Source: Candidatus Enterosoma merdigallinarum
GTDB taxonomy: Bacteria; Bacillota_I; Bacilli_A; RFN20; CAG-288
NCBI GenBank assembly: GCA_018714385.1
Contig: DVNL01000008.1
Coordinates: forward strand, 20,730-84,729
DNA: 64,000 nucleotides
Direction of reading: 5' to 3'
In this document: piece after piece, positions 50,692 through 60,177 of the stretch
Layout of the letters: the number at the start of each line of letters is the position of its first letter
Numbering within the stretch: position 1 is the first letter of the stretch
The notes under the pieces: model-generated
The model's database searches: none
What the model was told of the DNA's origin: nothing
Seen by the model: only the letters and a program-made list of their open reading frames with translations
Program-made: the position numbers and the translations under genes

Positions 50692-50964
50692 GGGAAATCT
50701 CCTTGTCTGTCCCTATTTTATGCGCAAAGTTGAACAAAGAAAACAAAAATTGATCATTGTTCTTTCCAAACGAGCGGAAACGAGCATAGGATTTTCGACA
50801 AAGAAAAAGGGGGGCAGGCGGCATGAAAGAGTTTACAAAAATGCCATCGTTGCAGGGATTATGGCAATTCAGGAAAGGCAGTGGACAGAGGGCTTATCGA
50901 GAAACTAAAATACTATGTAACCGCTTTTAGGCGGGAAACAACATCAAGGAAAGGAGGAATTGAC

Positions 50965-52989
50965 ATGGCTGAAGCAGAACAGCAGCAACAGAAGAAAAGC
51001 CTGTTCGACAACCCGTTGTTGTCCACCAAAGTCAAATCCGCAAAAGTGAAGATCTTCCCCGAAGGTGGCCTCGGCTACTTCATCGGGCCCACCCTCGCCC
51101 TTCTCTCCAATTCGATTCTCAGCTCCTACCTCAACCGCTACATGACCGATGTCCTCGGCCTGACGGGCACCTATCTCACCTTGCTCCCGGTCATCTCCGT
51201 CATCTTCGTCGTCCTGGGCAACATCCTGGTCGGCCGCTTGATGGACCACAGCCGGACGAGGGCCGGAAAGGCAAGACCGCTCATCCTTCTTTCCATTCCC
51301 CTTTCGATTCTCGCTCTTCTGTTCCTCTTCATCTTCACCCCGGTAGCATTCAAGGATAATCCGGCACATCCCGGTCTGACGGTGGGCGATCCTTCAATAG
51401 CGACGTTGGCTCTATTCGCTGTCGGCTATAACCTCTGGTTCGCCGTCGCCTATCCGTTCTACTTCACGAACCATTCTGCCCTGATCAACCTTTCCACCCG
51501 AAACTCCAAGGACAGATCGCTCCTCGCCACCATCTCCAACGCCACCGCCCTCGCCGCCATGGGTCTCACCTCCATGGTCCTTCCCTTCTTCGTCGGCCTT
51601 CTCTTCAACGAGACCAAGTTCGACAAGGTGACCGGGGCAGAGCTCGCTGCCGATGCGACGGGCGAAAACGTCATCTCGATCGTCAATGCCGAGCCTTCCT
51701 TCAATGCCTGGCGTATCTTCATCATCGCTTTGATCGTCATCACGGTCATCGGCTGCCTTGTCGAATACTATTTCACCCGTGAGAGAATCACGGAGGAATC
51801 CTTCTCCCTGAAGAAGGAAGAGGCGGCAAACGAACCCGCCAAGAAGGCCCTTCCTGTCAAGGAGCAGTTCAACATCTGCGCCAAGGACAAGTTCTGGTGG
51901 ATCATGATGGGCTTCTTCTTCCTCTATCAGCTCGGCGGCATGCTCAAGAACGTCTCTCAAACCTATTATTGCCAGTCTTGGTTTGCCATCGACGGTGTCT
52001 ACTCCTCCACTAACGGCGGAACCTTCCAGGGCACCCTCTCCATCATCGGCGCCATCCCGACGGCCCTTGGCATGGTCATCGTCTGGCCTTTGGCCAATAA
52101 GATCGGCAAGGGGACTTCCATCTTCTTCGGTGCGATCTTGGCCGTCATCGGCGGCGCCATCGGTTTCATCGCCCCGGACAACTTCGCCGTCGTCACCACG
52201 TCCTTCGTCCTCAAGGCCTTGGGTTCCACCCCGGCCATGTATATCTCTCTCGCCCTCCTTGCCGACGTCCTCGACCATCAGGAGGCGCTCAACGGAGCCA
52301 GGACAGACGGTCTGACGATGACGATCTACGGCGCCATCATGGCCGGCATGACCGGCATTGCAAACGGCATCCTCAATGCCGCCCTCACTGCCACCAACTA
52401 CTCCGTCGACAACCTCACCGACCCCGCACTCCGCTCCGCCCTCCTCTGGATCTTCATCGGCGGAGAAACCCTCTGCTATGTCGGCATCTTCATCCTCTTC
52501 TTCTTCATGAAAGTCGAGAAGTACTCCGACCTCGACCACAAGGCGATCGAGGATGACCAGCGTTCTCTCGCCATGGCCAAGGGCGAGGAATACATCCCCG
52601 CTCAGGTCCGTCTCGAGATGGAGGAAGAGCAGTCCAACAAGGATGCCTGGGAAGCCGAGAAGGCTGAGCTGAAGAACCGCTGCGAGAAGAAGAACCTCAA
52701 CTACGAAGAGGAACTGAAGAAGCTCGAGGAGGACAAGGCGGCCAAGGAACAGCTTGCCGCGGCAAAGAAGCAGGAGAACGAAGAAAAGAAGGCTGCCGCC
52801 AAGAAGGCCAAGGACGATGCCTTCAAGGCCAAGCTCGATGCCATGAGCGCCGAAGAAAGGGCGGCCTACGACGAGAAGCAGAAGATCAAGGAAGAGAAGC
52901 ATGCCGCCTACCTGGAGAAGGTCGCAGGCGACTTCGCAAACCTCCGTCAGGCTCATGCCGAAGAGCGCGAGAAGTATCTCGCCTATTAA
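50965..52989 (+). CDS. GPH-family (MelB-like) glycoside:cation symporter with about 170-aa charged coiled-coil C-terminal extension
   Basis: AAGGAGG SD. Twelve TM MFS_2 core of about 500 aa, then a K/E/A-rich low-complexity tail. Confidence 0.75.
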   Translation: MAEAEQQQQKKSLFDNPLLSTKVKSAKVKIFPEGGLGYFIGPTLALLSNSILSSYLNRYMTDVLGLTGTYLTLLPVISVIFVVLGNILVGRLMDHSRTRAGKARPLILLSIPLSILALLFLFIFTPVAFKDNPAHPGLTVGDPSIATLALFAVGYNLWFAVAYPFYFTNHSALINLSTRNSKDRSLLATISNATALAAMGLTSMVLPFFVGLLFNETKFDKVTGAELAADATGENVISIVNAEPSFNAWRIFIIALIVITVIGCLVEYYFTRERITEESFSLKKEEAANEPAKKALPVKEQFNICAKDKFWWIMMGFFFLYQLGGMLKNVSQTYYCQSWFAIDGVYSSTNGGTFQGTLSIIGAIPTALGMVIVWPLANKIGKGTSIFFGAILAVIGGAIGFIAPDNFAVVTTSFVLKALGSTPAMYISLALLADVLDHQEALNGARTDGLTMTIYGAIMAGMTGIANGILNAALTATNYSVDNLTDPALRSALLWIFIGGETLCYVGIFILFFFMKVEKYSDLDHKAIEDDQRSLAMAKGEEYIPAQVRLEMEEEQSNKDAWEAEKAELKNRCEKKNLNYEEELKKLEEDKAAKEQLAAAKKQENEEKKAAAKKAKDDAFKAKLDAMSAEERAAYDEKQKIKEEKHAAYLEKVAGDFANLRQAHAEEREKYLAY

Positions 52990-53000
52990 GCGCCGATTCT

Positions 53001-53040
53001 GAAAAAACTGGGGCCGGGCCTTCGGGCTTGGCCCTTTTTC
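53001..53040 (+). terminator. rho-independent terminator
   Basis: GC-rich hairpin followed by TTTTT. Confidence 0.6.
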
Positions 53041-53066
53041 GTTTTCCCATCTGCTATACTGAAGCC

Positions 53067-54563
53067 ATGCCATATCCCAAGGCCTTCAAGAGGAAAGAGA
53101 TCAAGAGGGAAAGCCGGCCTCTGTTGCGTCGGCACTATTTCCGGACGGTCATCATGGCCTTCCTGGTCCTCTTCACCGTGGCGGGAACGTTCAACAGCTC
53201 CCTTCTGGATTTCGTCTCCGACAGCGAGTCGGGGACGAACTTCACCTTTCTTTTGGAAATCGTCCGCTTCTACGTCCCGGACTTTTTGACGGGAGAGAGC
53301 CCGTCGACGCTTTTTCTCGGCCTTCTTCTGGCCTCTCTCTGCAATACCTTTCTGGCCTTCTTCACGTTTCCCCTTGCCATCGCCTCCAGGATCTATGCCA
53401 CCGGGTTTGAGAACGCGACGCAGATCTTCTATGTCCTCTTTTTCCTTCTTCTCTACGTTGCCTTCATCTTCTTCGTCCTGAATCCCCTCCATGTCGGAAG
53501 CCTTCGCTACTTCCTGGAGAAGGGGCGGGGAAACGACGGGAAGAACTATCTCTTCTCGGCCTTTGGAAGCTACTACAAGAACGTCGTCCTGGTGAAACTC
53601 TACCAGTTCTTCCTCACCGCGTTGTGGTCCTTGACGATCGTCATGGTCCCGGTCAAATACTACGAATACAGCCAAGTGGACTATATCCTGTCGGAGAATC
53701 CTTCCCTCTCCCCGCAGAATGCCATCCTCCTTTCCAAGGAACTCACGCGGGGACACAAATGGCAGCTCTTCCTTCTGGACCTTTCCTTTCTCGGCTACAA
53801 CATCCTCTCCCTCTTCACCCTGGGCCTTCTTGACGCCCTTTTCACCAATCCCTACAAGGAAATCGCCAAGGGCAAGGCCTACGACGGATTGAAGGCCGCC
53901 CTCTATCGGCGGAACCTCCTCTTCGCCTTGAACTACGACATCGTCAATCCCAGGAACAAGGAAGGCATCCTCCTGAGGCGGGAGGTGGATTACGACTGCC
54001 CCTATTCCTTCGCCGATTTGATCCTCATCTTCTTCGTCGTCTCCTTCATCGGCTGGTGCTGGGAAGTCCTCCTGCATCTTGTCCAGGATGGGACCTTCGT
54101 CAACAGGGGCACCCTCTGGGGGCCCTACCTTCCCATCTACGGCACAGGCGGTGTCGTCGTGCTTCTGCTTCTGAAGGGAACGAGGGGAAAGCCCATCCTC
54201 TCCTTCTTCCTCTCCATCGCCATCTGCCTGACGATCGAATATTTCACGGGCTGGTTCCTGGAGACCTTCCGCGGCCTCAAGTACTGGGACTATTCCGACA
54301 TGCCCTTCAATCTCCACGGTAGGATCTGCCTCTATGGCGGCCTTGTCTTCGGCATGGCCTGCATCCTCATGATCTACGTGGTCGGCCCTTTCCTGTATCA
54401 GCTTCTCTCCCCGATCCCCGGCAAGGTCAAATGGGGCATCGGCATCGCCTTGATTGCCGTCATCCTCGTCGATGCCGTCGTCTCCCATTTCTACCCAAAC
54501 CAGGGAGAGGGCATCACCACGCCCGTAAACGCCCTCCTCAGGCTCTTTTCACCCCTTTCCTGA
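53067..54563 (+). CDS. polytopic membrane protein (DUF975-like N-terminal half fused to CmpB/DUF1113-like C-terminal half)
   Basis: About 10 TM helices. The GPYLPIYGTGG motif is typical of the putative-ABC-transporter-type-IV family. Confidence 0.5.
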   Translation: MPYPKAFKRKEIKRESRPLLRRHYFRTVIMAFLVLFTVAGTFNSSLLDFVSDSESGTNFTFLLEIVRFYVPDFLTGESPSTLFLGLLLASLCNTFLAFFTFPLAIASRIYATGFENATQIFYVLFFLLLYVAFIFFVLNPLHVGSLRYFLEKGRGNDGKNYLFSAFGSYYKNVVLVKLYQFFLTALWSLTIVMVPVKYYEYSQVDYILSENPSLSPQNAILLSKELTRGHKWQLFLLDLSFLGYNILSLFTLGLLDALFTNPYKEIAKGKAYDGLKAALYRRNLLFALNYDIVNPRNKEGILLRREVDYDCPYSFADLILIFFVVSFIGWCWEVLLHLVQDGTFVNRGTLWGPYLPIYGTGGVVVLLLLKGTRGKPILSFFLSIAICLTIEYFTGWFLETFRGLKYWDYSDMPFNLHGRICLYGGLVFGMACILMIYVVGPFLYQLLSPIPGKVKWGIGIALIAVILVDAVVSHFYPNQGEGITTPVNALLRLFSPLS

Positions 54564-54656
54564 CCGCACTTTTCTTTGCAATCCCTTAATCCGTTCTTAA
54601 CTATTCCTTTTCGTTTTGCTATAGTGATTCCGTTCATTGGACTGAGGGAAAAGCAC

Positions 54657-55841
54657 ATGATCCACGCCTTGCAAGACGTTATGGAAGTCAACTACGTGAC
54701 GATCGGCCAATTCTTCTCCCTTCTCTCCTCCTCCCCCCTTCTTGTCGTCACGATCCTTCTTGCCCTCGGCGTCGTCTTTATCAACGGATGGACCGATGCC
54801 CCCAACGCCGTCGCTACCTGCATCTCCACCCGTGCCATCTCCCCGAAGAAGGCCATCGTCATGGCTGCCGTTTTCAATTTCATCGGCGTCATGCTCTTCG
54901 CCCTTTTCGCCGCGGGCGTCGCCGAGTCGATCGCCGGCCTTGTCGACTTCGGAGATCTCACCAGCGCCGAAAACGCCAAGGATGCCCTCGTCGGCATATC
55001 CTCCGGCATGGTCGGCGTCGTCAGCTGGGGCATCCTCGCCTGGGCCTTCGGCGTCCCGTCGAGCGAATCCCACGCCCTCATCGCCGGTCTGACCGGTGCC
55101 TGCTTTGCCATGATGGCCATGGGGAAGGAGGTCGCCCCTGGTGCGGGAAGCTGGACGAACGTCGGCATCGGCTTTGTCGTCTCCTCCCTCCTTGGCGCGG
55201 CCTTGGGCTTCCTTGTCGTCAAGGGCATCGAAAGATGCTGCCGGAACATGGTCCGGCGGAAGACGACACTCTTTTTCAAGTGGGCCCAGATCGCCTCGGC
55301 CGCCGGAATGGCCCTCGCCCATGGCGCCCAGGACGGATTGAAATTCATCGGCATCGTCTATCTCGCCCTCTTTTTGGGGTCCATCGCCTATCCCGAGGCG
55401 ATGCTCCAGGGAGGGATCCAGTATGTCCTCTCCAATCCGACCATGCCGGGCTTTGCCATGGAGTTCCTCCATGCCCCGGTCTTCCTCTGGCTTCCGGTCC
55501 TGGTCTCGCTTGTGATGGGACTCGGGACTTCCGTCGGCGGCTATCGTATCATCAAGAAGGTCGGCATGGGCATGGTCGACCTGGAGCCCTATCAGGGCTT
55601 TGCCACGGATATCTCCGCCTTCGTCGCCCTCATCCTCTCCTCCGCCCTTTCCTGGCCCGTCTCCACCAGCCAGGTGAAGACCTGCTCCATCGTCGGCGTG
55701 GGCCTTTCCAAGGGGGCGAAGAGAGTCAACTGGCGCGTGGCCCTGGACATGGTCCTGACATGGGTCTTCACCTTCCCGGGCTGCATCCTGATCGGTTTCG
55801 TGATGTGTTACATCCTCTTTGCCATACCGGGCATCTATTGA
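54657..55841 (+). CDS. pit: inorganic phosphate transporter, PiT family
   Basis: Duplicated PHO4 repeats (GWTDAPNAVAT...; AHGAQDG). Confidence 0.85.
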   Translation: MIHALQDVMEVNYVTIGQFFSLLSSSPLLVVTILLALGVVFINGWTDAPNAVATCISTRAISPKKAIVMAAVFNFIGVMLFALFAAGVAESIAGLVDFGDLTSAENAKDALVGISSGMVGVVSWGILAWAFGVPSSESHALIAGLTGACFAMMAMGKEVAPGAGSWTNVGIGFVVSSLLGAALGFLVVKGIERCCRNMVRRKTTLFFKWAQIASAAGMALAHGAQDGLKFIGIVYLALFLGSIAYPEAMLQGGIQYVLSNPTMPGFAMEFLHAPVFLWLPVLVSLVMGLGTSVGGYRIIKKVGMGMVDLEPYQGFATDISAFVALILSSALSWPVSTSQVKTCSIVGVGLSKGAKRVNWRVALDMVLTWVFTFPGCILIGFVMCYILFAIPGIY

Positions 55842-55860
55842 GGAAAAGGAGAAACGAAAG

Positions 55861-56499
55861 ATGGGTATCTTCAAGAAGGAAAAATCGAACTATTTCTTCG
55901 ACCAGTTCGCCTTGGTGGGATCCTACTCCCTGAAGGCGATGGACAAGCTCAAGGAAGGCCTCTCAGACTTCCCGGAGGTCGACGTCAACGCCTGGAAGAA
56001 CGCCGTCCACGCCATCGAGCACGAGGCAGACGGCATCAAGCACGAGACGGAGGAGAGGCTCGCCAAGGAGTTCATGACCCCCATCGACAGGGAGGACATC
56101 TTCATGCTTCTGGACAACCTCGACGATCTCACCGACGCCATCGACGAGATCTCCTACAAGCTCTACCTCCGCGACTATCGCCAGCTTCCCGAGGGGACGG
56201 ATGTCTTCGTCGATGTCGCCTACAGGGCGGTCCAAGCCGTCCAGGACGTCTTGAAGAATCTCAACTCCCTGACCAACAAGAAGCTCATGGATCCCCTCAT
56301 CGGCAAGGTCAAGGGCCTCGAGGAGAAGGCCGACCATATTTACGAGGAGCACGTCCACGCCCTCTACAAGACGGTCAACAACAGCAACTATCTCGACATC
56401 CGCCTGGCGGAGAAGGTCTACGGCCTCTTCGAGTACGTGACCGACCAGTGCCGGAACGTCACCAAGACCGTCGAGATCATCATGTATAAGAATCTCTAG
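55861..56499 (+). CDS. PhoU-like/DUF47 Pit accessory protein
   Basis: AAGGAG SD. YkaA/Pit-accessory family helical protein immediately after pit. Confidence 0.75.
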   Translation: MGIFKKEKSNYFFDQFALVGSYSLKAMDKLKEGLSDFPEVDVNAWKNAVHAIEHEADGIKHETEERLAKEFMTPIDREDIFMLLDNLDDLTDAIDEISYKLYLRDYRQLPEGTDVFVDVAYRAVQAVQDVLKNLNSLTNKKLMDPLIGKVKGLEEKADHIYEEHVHALYKTVNNSNYLDIRLAEKVYGLFEYVTDQCRNVTKTVEIIMYKNL

Positions 56500-56504
56500 C
56501 GGGA

Positions 56505-56531
56505 AGAGAAGGGCCTTTGGGCCCTTTTTCC
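56505..56531 (+). terminator. rho-independent terminator
   Basis: GAAGGGCC-tttg-GGCCCTTTTTC. Confidence 0.7.
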
Positions 56532-56860
56532 TTACAGGAAAGCATCCCCTCCATCCCCGGGGCAAGAAGGATGAGGGTCAATCGGTATAGACAATGAGGC
56601 TTGTTTGTCTATATAAACTGACACGGGAAAGGCTGAAAATGAGAAAGCAATCGGGGGGGGGTATTTGAGATAGCACTTTCGGCGAAAAGTGCGACCGGAT
56701 GACCAGGACGTTTTTATTCAAAATTGCGGAAGAAATCGTGAAAAATCGAATTCTTTCCTTAAGGAGTCGTCATTGTTCTATGATATCAAGTCTGACAAAC
56801 AGGATGAAAGAATTTGACACATTACAGATTTTTACAAAAAAATTGGGGAATGTTAATAGA

Positions 56861-56890
56861 TTGACAAATTTTGATTAGGAACCCTAAAAT
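56861..56890 (+). promoter_or_regulatory. sigma-70-type promoter (TTGACA-18-TAAAAT)
   Basis: Consensus -35 and near-consensus -10 elements about 80 nt upstream of the first gene of the SipW cluster. Confidence 0.5.
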
Positions 56891-56903
56891 TCTAATCAAC
56901 ACC

Positions 56904-56930
56904 TGACGTTTTCATGGGTCGAAAACGTCA
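56904..56930 (+). promoter_or_regulatory. perfect 10-bp inverted repeat TGACGTTTTC-N7-GAAAACGTCA (candidate operator / 5'-UTR hairpin)
   Basis: Starts about 7 nt after the predicted +1 of the promoter above. It is not followed by a U-run, so it is not a terminator. Confidence 0.45.
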
Positions 56931-56971
56931 CGCGGTGTTTCAGAAAGGGTTTTAGGTTAGGAGGTCATTTT

Positions 56972-57754
56972 ATGTCCAGAAAACATGCAGCGCTCGTCTT
57001 CGTTCCGCTCCTTTCGGGTGCGGCGATCATCGGCGCCGGCTTCTCCACGTGGTACTTCACGCAGAGCAGCGAAGTCATCACCAACCAGTTCTCCGCCCAG
57101 ATCGAGGCGGCCCGTCTTCCCGGCGGCGTCTTCACCTTTGCCTCCGAGACGACGATCAACTTCGACCAGAACGAGATTTCCTATTTCGGCACGACCGATG
57201 CCTTCGTCGGCTTTGGCTATGTCCAGCATGCCGCGGCGGAGGAAATCCAAGTCGAGTTCTCCCAGGACAAGGAAGGAAACAAGGCAGGTGTCGTCGCCGA
57301 ATGGGGATATGTGAACGATACCGGTGACTACAAACCGGCCAACGATATCGCCACTTACCTCCAGACTCTCGATCTTGGAACGCCCGATGTCGGCTACTAC
57401 ACCATCGAGGATACGGAGTCGGAGAGCAAATCGCTTGTCTACGAGGTCTACTATGTCGTCTTCACAAACGGGAACAACCATGCGACTGAGCTTCTCGATG
57501 CTTTCAAGACCGCTCTTGCTGCTGCCCAGTTCCAGGATGTCGAAGGCAATGAGATGACCCTTCGTGCTGCTGCCGAGCTTCCTGAAAGAAACACTCTCAC
57601 CATCAACGACCTTCCTCTTCCTTCCTATGCGGGTACTTTCGACAGGACCGACTATACTGCCTATTCTGCATTCCGTGAAAAGGTCGAGAAGAAGCTGACG
57701 CTTCGCTTCTCGACGTATGCCATCACGACCAATCCGACCGAAACAAACAACTGA
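56972..57754 (+). CDS. secreted protein with SipW-cognate-type signal peptide (member A)
   Basis: AGGAGG SD. N-terminus MSRKHAALVFVPLLSGAAIIGAGFSTWYF shares its motif with four downstream proteins. Confidence 0.6.
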   Translation: MSRKHAALVFVPLLSGAAIIGAGFSTWYFTQSSEVITNQFSAQIEAARLPGGVFTFASETTINFDQNEISYFGTTDAFVGFGYVQHAAAEEIQVEFSQDKEGNKAGVVAEWGYVNDTGDYKPANDIATYLQTLDLGTPDVGYYTIEDTESESKSLVYEVYYVVFTNGNNHATELLDAFKTALAAAQFQDVEGNEMTLRAAAELPERNTLTINDLPLPSYAGTFDRTDYTAYSAFREKVEKKLTLRFSTYAITTNPTETNN

Positions 57755-57794
57755 TCGTCCGTTTTTTCGAGAGTGACAAGGAAAGGAGGCAGGA

Positions 57795-58730
57795 ATGGAA
57801 GGCCAATCCCAGCTTTATACCGTAGCCAGCGTGATCGGCGTCATCGTCATCTTTGCCATGGCAGCCTGCTTTGCCATCCTCTTCGCCGTCTATGCCAACC
57901 AGAAGATCAAGAATCTTCGCGGCGGCCTCGACGACGAGAACCTCGGCAAGGACCTCGACAGGATGATGGGACGATATCTCGATCGCTCCTTCAACAAATA
58001 TCGCAGAAGAGCATCCCATGCGAGGGATGCCGTGGACGAGCCGGAGTTTTCCGGCCCCGACAGCAAGGTCGAGGACGGTCTCTACACATTGAGCCTCAAG
58101 GACTGCCAGAGAGGCAGCACCTTCCTGGTCCGGCTAGGCAACGTGCTCTATGCCATCTTCATCGTCGCCTGTCTCGCCTTTGCCGCCTTCGGCATCTACA
58201 TGAACACGACCGACCAGCCCATCTTCATCAACAACACGTCCTACATCGTCATCCAGACCGGATCGATGGAGGAGGCGAATCCGGACAACGAATATCTCCT
58301 AGAGAACGACCTCGACGATCAGATCAAGCAGTATTCCCTCATCGGGATCGAGCACACCGACTTCGACAAGGTCGAGCTCTACGATGTCATCGCCTTCCAC
58401 GACAGCGACGGCAACATCATCGTCCACAGGGTCGTCGGCATCCATGACGACGACGGAGAAAGGACGCTTCAGACAAGAGGCGACAGCAACAACGCCTCCA
58501 TGGATGACGAGATGGCCATCGCCAAGAAGGACTTCATCGGCACCTACGACGGCTATCAGAACTACGGCTTAGGCATCACCGTCACTTATCTGCGCTCGAC
58601 TCTCGGCATCATCGCCTTATGTGGATTCGGTCTCTTCCTGTTGGCCTATTCCATCACCGACGGCCTCATCGACAAGGCCTATCAGGAAAGGATTGGCGGC
58701 ATTGCCAAAGAGTGGGACTACAAGAAGTAG
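57795..58730 (+). CDS. sipW: signal peptidase I, SipW/Sec11-type (S26B), with extended N-terminal region
   Basis: TGSMEEANP (Ser box), IVHRVVGI (His box) and RGDSNNASMDD (GDNN box) motifs. C-terminal TM as in SipW, plus an extra N-terminal TM and about 100-aa insert. Confidence 0.7.
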   Translation: MEGQSQLYTVASVIGVIVIFAMAACFAILFAVYANQKIKNLRGGLDDENLGKDLDRMMGRYLDRSFNKYRRRASHARDAVDEPEFSGPDSKVEDGLYTLSLKDCQRGSTFLVRLGNVLYAIFIVACLAFAAFGIYMNTTDQPIFINNTSYIVIQTGSMEEANPDNEYLLENDLDDQIKQYSLIGIEHTDFDKVELYDVIAFHDSDGNIIVHRVVGIHDDDGERTLQTRGDSNNASMDDEMAIAKKDFIGTYDGYQNYGLGITVTYLRSTLGIIALCGFGLFLLAYSITDGLIDKAYQERIGGIAKEWDYKK

Positions 58731-58788
58731 GGACGAGACGAACAAAGGTTAAAATTCGGGCATGGCCCGTCAGAAAGGAAACAAGAAT

Positions 58789-59418
58789 ATGAGAAACAAG
58801 ATGCTGGGTATCCTCCTTCCCGTCCTCGCCGGAGTGGCCGTCATCGGCACGGGCTTCTCCACGTGGTATTTCGTGACCGGAGCCGATACCACCGGAGACC
58901 AAAACCTTAAGGTGCAGCTTGCTGCTGCTGCGGAGATTGGAAATTTGAGAATCACGAACAATCCTGCTCCTACGACGCTTCATCTTGATGCTTCTAATGA
59001 CACCGACACCGGCATCCATCTCGGAACGGTTTCGGAGAGCAGCGTCTTTACGCAGGCCGCGAACGATAACATCAACTGGTCTTACACTTACCAAGCCAGC
59101 ACAACGGATCTCGACAAACATCCTGTACTTACCGTCGATGTCAAAATCAACATCATTACGACATATATCGGCATCGATTTGAACGGTGAGGATCATGGCT
59201 ACACCAGCACGATTACTTCAAATAGTGCTTATCAATGGACAAAGGATGTTCGCCCTGCTTCCTATTCTGCTTCTGGCGAGAAAACGATTGAAGGTTCAAT
59301 CCCCTTCAAATTTACTTGGACAGATGAACCTACAAGCTTCTCTGAATGGAGTGCTTTGGATTCTCTTGTCGAGAACGCCACGCTGACTATCAAGCTTTCT
59401 CCGGATTGGGTTGCTTAA
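58789..59418 (+). CDS. secreted protein with SipW-cognate-type signal peptide (member B)
   Basis: N-terminus MRNKMLGILLPVLAGVAVIGTGFSTWYF. ORF-track alternative start is 58762. Confidence 0.6.
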   Translation: MRNKMLGILLPVLAGVAVIGTGFSTWYFVTGADTTGDQNLKVQLAAAAEIGNLRITNNPAPTTLHLDASNDTDTGIHLGTVSESSVFTQAANDNINWSYTYQASTTDLDKHPVLTVDVKINIITTYIGIDLNGEDHGYTSTITSNSAYQWTKDVRPASYSASGEKTIEGSIPFKFTWTDEPTSFSEWSALDSLVENATLTIKLSPDWVA

Positions 59419-59481
59419 CTTTTGACTTCTTTCCGGAAGGAGGGGGATTCCTCCTCTCTTTCCGGACACATTGAAAAGAAC

Positions 59482-60177
59482 ATGGGAAGAAACCGAATTT
59501 TAGGAATGGCCATCGCCTTGACTTCCGGTCTCGCCATCGTCGGGACTGGGTTTTCGGTGTTCTACTATGTCCAAGGTGCGGAGGCGAATGTCGGTGGCGA
59601 GGGCGGCATTCCTGTCTCGCTTGCGAAAGCCACGACGGGAACTTTCCAAATCGCCTTGGGGACAGATTCTACCCTTGTCTTTGATTCGACACGTTCGGCG
59701 GCCCACAAGAACAGGCCGGCGATTTCTTGGGAGGACAAAGAAGGCCTTGAGACCGGAATCGACGGGCATTTCCTTCATGTCCAGCTCAAGTTCGATCCGC
59801 AGGGCGGAACGAAGACGTCCATCGACTTCGTCGGTACGGTCTCTGTCAAGATCACCTTCCCTCAGGGACTTTTCGAATACGTCCTGCTGGACAAGAGCCT
59901 CACCAGCGAAATCGGAAGCGAGTGGCAAGATACCACCGATAATCCGTCGATGACTTCCACCGCGACCTATTCTTCGGACTCATCGTTGACTATCGATACC
60001 AACGGAAAATGGCTTAACGTCCCCTTCCCACTTGCCTATGATGTTGATAGTGTCAGTGGCGAGGCCACTACATGGGAACCTTCCACTGAGGAAGAATGGG
60101 AGGCGCTTCATGCCTTCAATGATGAGAAGATAACGGTTGAAGTTTCCACGCAGGAAGAAACGGGGGTGACCGCATGA
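59482..60177 (+). CDS. secreted protein with SipW-cognate-type signal peptide (member C)
   Basis: N-terminus MGRNRILGMAIALTSGLAIVGTGFSVFYY. The ORF track offers an upstream TTG (59422), but that start would include an SD-like hairpin. Confidence 0.55.
   Translation: MGRNRILGMAIALTSGLAIVGTGFSVFYYVQGAEANVGGEGGIPVSLAKATTGTFQIALGTDSTLVFDSTRSAAHKNRPAISWEDKEGLETGIDGHFLHVQLKFDPQGGTKTSIDFVGTVSVKITFPQGLFEYVLLDKSLTSEIGSEWQDTTDNPSMTSTATYSSDSSLTIDTNGKWLNVPFPLAYDVDSVSGEATTWEPSTEEEWEALHAFNDEKITVEVSTQEETGVTA

Noticed and set aside
51412-55874. Several long minus-strand ORFs (51412-53073, 52986-54488, 54597-55874)
   Set aside because: They are antisense to the GPH transporter, the DUF975/CmpB membrane protein and pit. 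All are G/D/E-rich shadow ORFs.
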